From Candidatus Saccharicenans sp. (GTDB lineage Bacteria > Acidobacteriota > Aminicenantia > Aminicenantales > Saccharicenantaceae), in contig JASEIU010000001.1 of the NCBI GenBank assembly GCA_030017715.1, positions 1,520 through 65,519 on the forward strand: 64,000 nucleotides of DNA, given 5' to 3'. The translations under genes and the position numbers were made by a program. Shown here piece after piece: positions 57,952 through 64,000 of this stretch. The notes under the pieces were generated by a model. That model searched no databases. It worked only from the letters and a program-made list of their open reading frames with translations, and had not been told where the DNA came from. Every line of letters begins with the position of its first letter. Positions within the stretch are counted from its first letter, which is position 1.

Positions 57952-58124
57952 TCTTTTGTTCCTTTTTCATTCCTTTTTTATGTTTCGTATATCCTTATCT
58001 TATTTAAGGCTCTCGAATCAATTATCTTCTGCCAGCCATTCTTCTTTTCGTCTTTTTCGGCATCCGCATCTTCTCCGGTTTGGCCAGGCCTTTTTCCCGG
58101 GTCGGCTAATCTTATGACTGTCGC

Positions 58125-59879
58125 TCAGGATTTAATGCCGCTTTTTTTCCTAAACCTCGATAGGCCTGTCTTCCTGGCCTTTTCCAGCTGGCGGTCGCGA
58201 ATGTCCAGCAGGTCCTTCATCAGATGGTAGAGATTACCCTGCCAGTCCCGGGTGCCAAAGGAGTCGTGCAGTTCCCGATAAAGACGGTAGAGTTCCTGGT
58301 AGACCTGATGTCGGTCCGGACGCGGCTTGAAACTGAATGGTTTTACCCCGCACATGGCCGCCTGGGCTTCCTCAAAGCGGTCATAACCTCCGCCCCGGCT
58401 TCCGGCCGCCACCGCCCCGGCCATAGCCGCACCCAGGGCGCAGGTCTGGGAGGAGCGGGCAACCTTCATTTCCAGGCCAAAAACATCAGCATAAATTTGC
58501 ATCACCAGGGGATTCTTCTCGGCTATTCCACCGCAGTTTATGACTTCATTGATTTCCACCCCGTATTCCTGGAAGCGCTTGATGATGGTCAGGGCTCCGA
58601 AGGCCGTGCCTTCGATGAGAGCCAGGTAAATCTCTTCCGGCCGGGAGTGGAGGGTTTGTCCGAGCAGAAGACCGGTCAGTCTCTGGTCAACCAGGATGGT
58701 TCGATTGCCGTTGTTCCAGTCGAGGGTCAGCAGGCCGGATTCACCGGGGAGGAGGGCTGAAGCCTTTCTGGTCAGCTCTTCATGACTGCCTTTCCTGGGC
58801 CCCCCGGGCTGGATGTAATTCACGAACCAGTTGAAAATATCTCCAACGGCCGATTGTCCGGCTTCCAGCCCGAAATAGCCTGGCAGGACTGAACCGTCGA
58901 CAATTCCGCAGAGACCCGGGATGTCAGCCAGCGGCCGGTCGTTAGGCCAGACGCAGATGTCGCAGGTGCTGGTGCCTATGATCTTGACGAACTTTCCCGG
59001 GGCCACGCCGGCGCCGACCGCTCCCAGGTGAGCGTCGAAAGCACCCACGGCCACCGGAATTCCCGGCTTCAGTCCGAGCATTTTCGCCCAGGATCTGGTG
59101 AGATAACCGGCCGGCTGGTCCGAGGTATGGGTGGTGTCATACAGCCTGTCCCTCAATTCTCCCAGCCGCGGGTCCAGTTTGCTGAGGAATTCCTTTGCCG
59201 GCAGCCCTCCCCACTGGTCGTTGAACATGGCTTTATGGCCGGCGGCGCAGCGGCTTCTTTTGATTTTGTCCGGTGCCAGGGTGCCGGTCAGAATGGCCGG
59301 GAGAAAGTCGACGCATTCCACCCAGCTGTGGGCAGCCTGGAAAACTTTCGGGTCCACCCTCAGGCAATGGAGAATCTTGCTGAAAAACCATTCGGAAGAA
59401 TAAACCCCGCCGCACTTGGCTAAGTATTCCGGATGCTCCCGGGATGCCAGCTCGGTAATTTCCCGGGCTTCGGCGAAAGAAGTATGGTCTTTCCACAGCC
59501 AGGCCTGGGCATTGAGGTTGTTCTTGAACTCATGGTGAAAAGCCAGCGGCAGGCCGTTTCTGTCAACCGGAATCGGGGTGGAACCGGTGGTGTCGATCCC
59601 TATTCCGATGATCTGTTCGGGCGAAAAGTTTTTTCTGGTTTTTCGAGCGAGGCGGAGGGCCTGTTTTACCACCCTCACCATCGACTCAAGGTAATCAGCC
59701 GGGTTCTGCCGTGCCAGGTTAGGGTCCTTTGAGTCGAGAAGTATGCCGTCCTCACCCGAAGGATAATTCACCACCGCGGTGCTCAGTTCTTCGCCGCTGG
59801 CAGTATCCGCCAGCAGTGCCCTGACTGAATTTGTTCCGAAATCCAGGCCCAGACTGTAAGCTCCGGCTTTTGACCTCAT
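58125..59879 (-). CDS. araB: Ribulokinase (FGGY family)
   Basis: GLDFGTNSVRAL, IGIDTTGSTP, LWKDHT, YSSEWF, AAGHKAM, FDAH, LDWNNGNR. Confidence 0.93.
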   Translation of the reverse strand: MRSKAGAYSLGLDFGTNSVRALLADTASGEELSTAVVNYPSGEDGILLDSKDPNLARQNPADYLESMVRVVKQALRLARKTRKNFSPEQIIGIGIDTTGSTPIPVDRNGLPLAFHHEFKNNLNAQAWLWKDHTSFAEAREITELASREHPEYLAKCGGVYSSEWFFSKILHCLRVDPKVFQAAHSWVECVDFLPAILTGTLAPDKIKRSRCAAGHKAMFNDQWGGLPAKEFLSKLDPRLGELRDRLYDTTHTSDQPAGYLTRSWAKMLGLKPGIPVAVGAFDAHLGAVGAGVAPGKFVKIIGTSTCDICVWPNDRPLADIPGLCGIVDGSVLPGYFGLEAGQSAVGDIFNWFVNYIQPGGPRKGSHEELTRKASALLPGESGLLTLDWNNGNRTILVDQRLTGLLLGQTLHSRPEEIYLALIEGTAFGALTIIKRFQEYGVEINEVINCGGIAEKNPLVMQIYADVFGLEMKVARSSQTCALGAAMAGAVAAGSRGGGYDRFEEAQAAMCGVKPFSFKPRPDRHQVYQELYRLYRELHDSFGTRDWQGNLYHLMKDLLDIRDRQLEKARKTGLSRFRKKSGIKS

Positions 59880-59996
59880 ATCTCGCGCCTCCTCATTGAT
59901 TAAATTTTAATTCAGGCTCCGGTCTTTTAGAAAGCGAAATTTTTCTTCCGCTCGTCCGGACCGCCAATTCATTATTTCGGGTGGCCAACAAAGTTC

Positions 59997-60026
59997 TTGA
60001 CATCACTTTCCTTTTCATTATATAAA
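59997..60026 (+). promoter_or_regulatory. Sigma70-type promoter of the TonB receptor gene
   Basis: TTGACA-N18-TATAAA. Confidence 0.6.
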
Positions 60027-60033
60027 AATTTTG

Positions 60034-60088
60034 TGTTAACGTTAACATTTAAGTAATTTTTATTTTATCCTTCAATGTTAACGTTAAC
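60034..60088. promoter_or_regulatory. Tandem LacI-family operators
   Basis: TGTTAACGTTAACA (60034-60047, perfect palindrome with central CG) and TGTTAACGTTAAC (60076-60088), 42 bp apart. Confidence 0.8.
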
Positions 60089-60265
60089 GCCAAGGCGATA
60101 AAGATGATTGTCAGACAGAAAAGAATGGTCCGGACCTCAGCCGGGCGGCGGCGACCCGGTCCCGAAACACTGCTCCAGTCGTTCTTCCGGCAGTTCCAAT
60201 TCGCCCCCTGCCGGTTCCGGTCCGGCCAGAAAAATAAAAATCAATAAAATTAAAAGGAGGATTTA

Positions 60266-63200
60266 ATGTCCAAAGAAAAGCGTGGGCTGATGTTGGCTCT
60301 CGTCTTGCTGCTTTCCTTTTCGGTCCTCCAGGCTCAGATTACCCGTCAGACCGGAACGGTCCGCGGTGTAATCAAAGATGCGGATGGCACACCCCTGCCC
60401 GGCGTCAGCATAACTCTGACCGGGCCCGGCATGATGGGTAAGGCTACCGACATCAGCCGGGAGGATGGCACATTCCGGTTGCCGGCGGTTCCTCCGGGCA
60501 ACTACACCCTGACCGCTGAACTTCAGGGATTCAAGACCATTACCCTGAATGAGGTGATAGTCAGAGTGGGCTTGACCGTGACCCTGGAGGTGAAGATGGA
60601 GCCGGCCGCGGTCGAGGAACAGGTGACGGTTGTGGCTAAGGCTCCTGAAATTGACGTCCAGAAAACCAAAGTTACCACCGCCGTCACTTCCGAGGTTATT
60701 GCCAGGCTGCCGGTTAATCGCTCCCTGACCGGCCTGATGAACATCATCCCCTCGACGGTCGGAACTATCGCCACCTATTCGGGCAGCATTCACGGCACCG
60801 ACTGGAACGGCGTCACCTATGAAGTTGACGGAATTAACGCCAACTGCCCGACCACCGGCGGAGCTTTCGGCACTCCCCAGTTTGATGCCATCGAAGAAAT
60901 CGAGGTTATGACCGGAGCCATTCCGGCTCAGGTCGGTACCACCGGCGGAGCTTTTGTCAACATCGTCACCAAATCGGGCGGCAATAACTTCTCCGGCCAG
61001 GCCCAGGCTTACTACACCAACAAGCACCTGGCTCAGGTTCTCTTCCCCGATGAGCAACTCAGATCGATGCAGATCGGAAAGCCGAGCTTCAGTCTTTATG
61101 ACCTGGATACCTCAGCCATGGTCGGCGGTCCCATCATTAAGGACAAAATCTGGTTTTTTACCGATGTGGCTTTCACCAAGTCCAGCAACTGGGCTCCCTT
61201 CCGGCCGACCACCATTCTCGGCACCTCTTACGACCAGTATAAAGTCCCCAACCAGAATATGAGAGGCAATCTCAAGCTGACCACTGAATTTTCGAAGAAG
61301 CTGCGGTTTTACACTTACTTTTCGCTCGGCCAGACCCAGAGGATGTTCGAAGCCTGGTCCAACAAGACAGAAGACAGCACCTTTGATGCCAAGCCTACCC
61401 AGTATGTGGGCACGGCCAATCTGACCTGGATTCCAAGCAGCAGTTCTTTTATCGATTTCAGGTTGAACATCAATCACCTGGATTATCCAATAACCGCCAG
61501 AAATGGCTCGGATAAGATTGGCTATCAGGACGGCTACACCGGTTACATCTGGAACGGCATTCAGTCCTGGGAAAGTTTCATCATTCGCCATACCAACCAG
61601 GCTTCGGCCCGGATGACTCATTTTGCCGATAACGTCCTGGGCGGTGACCATGAACTGGGAGCCGGGGTGGAAGTTCAGTTCGGCTGGGACCGGTATTCCT
61701 ACGCCAGGCAGCAACCGATGGAATGGTTCTATTACAACGGCAATCCTTATTACTGGCGCGGATACTTTGGAGTGAATCAGCCGACCATTTATGGAGACGG
61801 CCGCCTGTCTTTTACCAACTGTGGTCCGTTCAAGGGCGACAGCGTTACCGACCTTTATGAATATAGGATAGGCGCTTATTTCCAGGACAACTTCACCATC
61901 AAGAACCGGCTGACCTTTAACCTCGGCTTGAGAATCGATTCCTACAACGGCTGGAGCGGCAAAGCCCGGTCCACCGGGACCACCGGCCTGTCCTACGAAA
62001 TCGGCCAGGTTCTGGCCCAGGACCTGGGCTTCAACCCCTACGGCGGATTTGAAGTCGACGGAATTAAAGATGTTCTGGTTTTCACCAGCCTGTCCCCGCG
62101 GCTCGGCCTGAGCTACGACCTGTTCGGCAACGGCCGGACGGCTCTGAAGCTTTCTTACGCCAGATATTCGGAGCAGGTGCCGGTGATGTGGTTCTCGGAA
62201 GTGCTCCCGGCCGTCATGGGTCAATACGAGTTCAACTGGTGGGACCTCAATCAGAATGGCCAGCCCGATTCCCCGGGCACCGATTATTACGAATACCGCT
62301 GGGGCCTGGGCGATTTCAAGTTGCCCGATATCGAGTATCTCAGTCAGATGGTTGATCGCAGCCTCCATGCTCCGATCCACAACGAAATCACAGCCGGGGT
62401 TGAGCATCAGCTGTTCAAAGATTTTGCGGTTAAAATGACTTATATCCACAAAAAGAAGACCGACCTGTTCGGCTGGGCCAAGTACGACCTGGAATCCGGC
62501 AGGTACTGGTACAAACTGGAACAGGCTCCGGACTGGTACGTTCCCTTCACCACCATAGTCCCGGCTTACGGCGCCTTCCCCGAACAGCAGGTGACGGTCT
62601 ATTTCATGAGCGAATATTCTCCCTACGAATCCATGGTCTACATCAAGACCAACATCCCCGAGCAGTTTGTTAAGTATGATGGCCTGGAGCTGGCCTTCGA
62701 TAAAAGATTTAACCACGGCTGGTCTCTGGGCGGTTCGTTCACGCTCTCCAGGACCAGTTCTCAATCCTGCGGCGACAGCCCCAACGATTTTGTCAACACC
62801 CCGGGTCGCGATAGCTACGACGTGCCCTTCATGCTGAAACTCTATGGAACCTTCAACCTGCCTTACGGTTTCATCGCTTCCTTTTTTATGAATTACCGGG
62901 TAGGCTATCCGTGGGGCCGCAGCGTGGAAATTGTGCCTCCGGATGATTGGGCTGTTTCTAATCACGTGGTGCCCTGGTCGGTCTGGGTAATGCTGGAACC
63001 CAGCGGCACCAGAAGGGAGCAGGATTTCACCAACGTCGATTTTCATCTGGAAAAAGAAGTCAGGCTGCCCTACGGCACCATCGGCGCTTTTGTTGATATC
63101 TACAACCTTTTCGGAAACAAAGTGGTTAACTATGGTTTGAATCCGATCAGCACCTGGTTCCCGACCGAAGAAGGCTCTGCTAACGGAACCTACAACCTGG

Positions 63201-63274
63201 ATTATAATTACAAGCGCGTTACCAGCATTTCAGCCACCAGGGTCTTCAAGTTCTCAATTCGTTACAGGTTCTGA
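60266..63274 (+). CDS. TonB-dependent receptor (Oar-like, N-terminal carboxypeptidase-regulatory-like domain)
   Basis: Signal peptide; GTVRGVIKDADGTPLPGV; plug YEVDG..N and VNIVTKSGGN; YFQDNF..LTFNLGLR; SPRLGLSYD; C-terminal YRF. Confidence 0.93.
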   Translation: MSKEKRGLMLALVLLLSFSVLQAQITRQTGTVRGVIKDADGTPLPGVSITLTGPGMMGKATDISREDGTFRLPAVPPGNYTLTAELQGFKTITLNEVIVRVGLTVTLEVKMEPAAVEEQVTVVAKAPEIDVQKTKVTTAVTSEVIARLPVNRSLTGLMNIIPSTVGTIATYSGSIHGTDWNGVTYEVDGINANCPTTGGAFGTPQFDAIEEIEVMTGAIPAQVGTTGGAFVNIVTKSGGNNFSGQAQAYYTNKHLAQVLFPDEQLRSMQIGKPSFSLYDLDTSAMVGGPIIKDKIWFFTDVAFTKSSNWAPFRPTTILGTSYDQYKVPNQNMRGNLKLTTEFSKKLRFYTYFSLGQTQRMFEAWSNKTEDSTFDAKPTQYVGTANLTWIPSSSSFIDFRLNINHLDYPITARNGSDKIGYQDGYTGYIWNGIQSWESFIIRHTNQASARMTHFADNVLGGDHELGAGVEVQFGWDRYSYARQQPMEWFYYNGNPYYWRGYFGVNQPTIYGDGRLSFTNCGPFKGDSVTDLYEYRIGAYFQDNFTIKNRLTFNLGLRIDSYNGWSGKARSTGTTGLSYEIGQVLAQDLGFNPYGGFEVDGIKDVLVFTSLSPRLGLSYDLFGNGRTALKLSYARYSEQVPVMWFSEVLPAVMGQYEFNWWDLNQNGQPDSPGTDYYEYRWGLGDFKLPDIEYLSQMVDRSLHAPIHNEITAGVEHQLFKDFAVKMTYIHKKKTDLFGWAKYDLESGRYWYKLEQAPDWYVPFTTIVPAYGAFPEQQVTVYFMSEYSPYESMVYIKTNIPEQFVKYDGLELAFDKRFNHGWSLGGSFTLSRTSSQSCGDSPNDFVNTPGRDSYDVPFMLKLYGTFNLPYGFIASFFMNYRVGYPWGRSVEIVPPDDWAVSNHVVPWSVWVMLEPSGTRREQDFTNVDFHLEKEVRLPYGTIGAFVDIYNLFGNKVVNYGLNPISTWFPTEEGSANGTYNLDYNYKRVTSISATRVFKFSIRYRF

Positions 63275-63298
63275 GCGGGTGTTGTTTCAGGCTATGGC

Positions 63299-63332
63299 GG
63301 GGGAAGAGCTCGGGCTCTTCCCCCTTTTTTTT
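63299..63332 (+). terminator. Rho-independent terminator
   Basis: GGGGGAAGAGC-TCGG-GCTCTTCCCCC followed by T8. Confidence 0.9.
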
Positions 63333-63644
63333 CGGCAGTTGAGTTTTCCCGGCCAGGGGAAAGCCGCGGCCGATTCTGACCGGGGGCTTAAGCTGACCTG
63401 TGTTCAGGCCGCTTAAGGACCGGAGATTGTTCCAATCGGAAGGAAAATGGCCGAAGCCGGGCGCAATTGATCATCTGCTGTGTTTGCTGAAGCGGAGAGG
63501 AGACAATAATTTGTTGGCGACGGAGATTAAAATTGATATAAATAATCGGAATGACTCCTGTCTTCGGGCCGACCGCATAAGGTCGGCTCATTTGATAGAC
63601 CAGAGCCCGGATGAATCTTTAAAAAAAATAAACGGAGGTGGCCG

Positions 63645-64000
63645 ATGTCCAGGAAGCTCAGGCCCAACTATTCTTCTCTGAGATTTCTTTTCCTGTTTGT
63701 TGCGGTCTTTTTTGTCTTGTTGACTCCGCATCTAAAGTCTCAGCTCAGGCTCAAAGACGACGATTTAAGGCTATTTCAGTTCAGGAACCTCGGGCCCTTC
63801 CGGGCCGGTTCCTGGGTGACCTGCTTTGCGGTGCCGGATTTTCCGCCGGAAGCTCATCTTTACACTTTTTATGTCGGCACCAGAAACGGCGGGGTCTGGA
63901 AGACCGTCAACAACGGCACCACCTTTGAACCCATCTTTGACGGTCAGGACCATCTCTCTATCGGCGCCCTGGCTCTGGCCCCTTCTGACCCCGGGGTGGT
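63645..64000 (+). CDS. VPS10/BNR (Asp-box) beta-propeller glycosyl-hydrolase-like protein, 3'-truncated by the window edge
   Basis: GGAGGT RBS and ATG at 63645; FRNLGPFRAG..FYVGTRNGGVWKTVNNGTTFEPIFD..SIGALALAPSDP; this frame is not in the ORF track. Confidence 0.88.
   Translation, partial: MSRKLRPNYSSLRFLFLFVAVFFVLLTPHLKSQLRLKDDDLRLFQFRNLGPFRAGSWVTCFAVPDFPPEAHLYTFYVGTRNGGVWKTVNNGTTFEPIFDGQDHLSIGALALAPSDPGV

Noticed and set aside
61112..63046. 644-aa minus-strand ORF (also 60263-61057, 18960-19934, 23705-24604, 57292-58230 and similar)
   Set aside because: Antisense shadows of well-supported genes with biased codon usage; no recognisable motifs.
63638..63928. 96-aa ORF from the track
   Set aside because: Wrong frame; the real gene starts at ATG 63645 and runs off the window.

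Overview
Chromosomal window from a diderm, probably anaerobic bacterium. A GWxTD protein, an Oar-type TonB-dependent receptor and many Tat/lipoprotein exports suggest an Acidobacteriota/Aminicenantes-like lineage, but this is inference. Coding content is mostly peptide, amino-acid and sugar catabolism plus envelope functions: class II ribonucleotide reductase (nrdJ), an MFS pump, two lipoprotein amidohydrolases, Tat-exported oxidoreductases, a dipeptide epimerase, an alpha-2-macroglobulin/pbpC pair, a MenA-like prenyltransferase, the glycyl-radical hydroxyproline dehydratase HypD with its activase, an S46 dipeptidyl peptidase, a HerA/FtsK-like ATPase, and an araB-araD-isomerase operon divergent from a TonB receptor and a VPS10/BNR protein. 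No rRNA, tRNA, CRISPR array or intact transposase/integrase was seen. The less ordinary items are: (i) a 5'-truncated protein with an apparent C2-like fold split by a ~180-aa hydrophobic insert; (ii) a 359-bp menA fragment duplicated around the A2M-pbpC cassette with mostly synonymous divergence; (iii) a family of GGGGACAC repeats sitting directly on stop codons, including a 100-bp direct repeat bracketing a single secreted Zn-hydrolase-like gene; (iv) operator-like palindromes at hypD, at the ara/TBDR divergence, and an orphan ArsR/SmtB-type site; (v) an RHS relic, a decapitated gene, and an uncalled 54-aa basic protein. All alignments and counts were done by eye.
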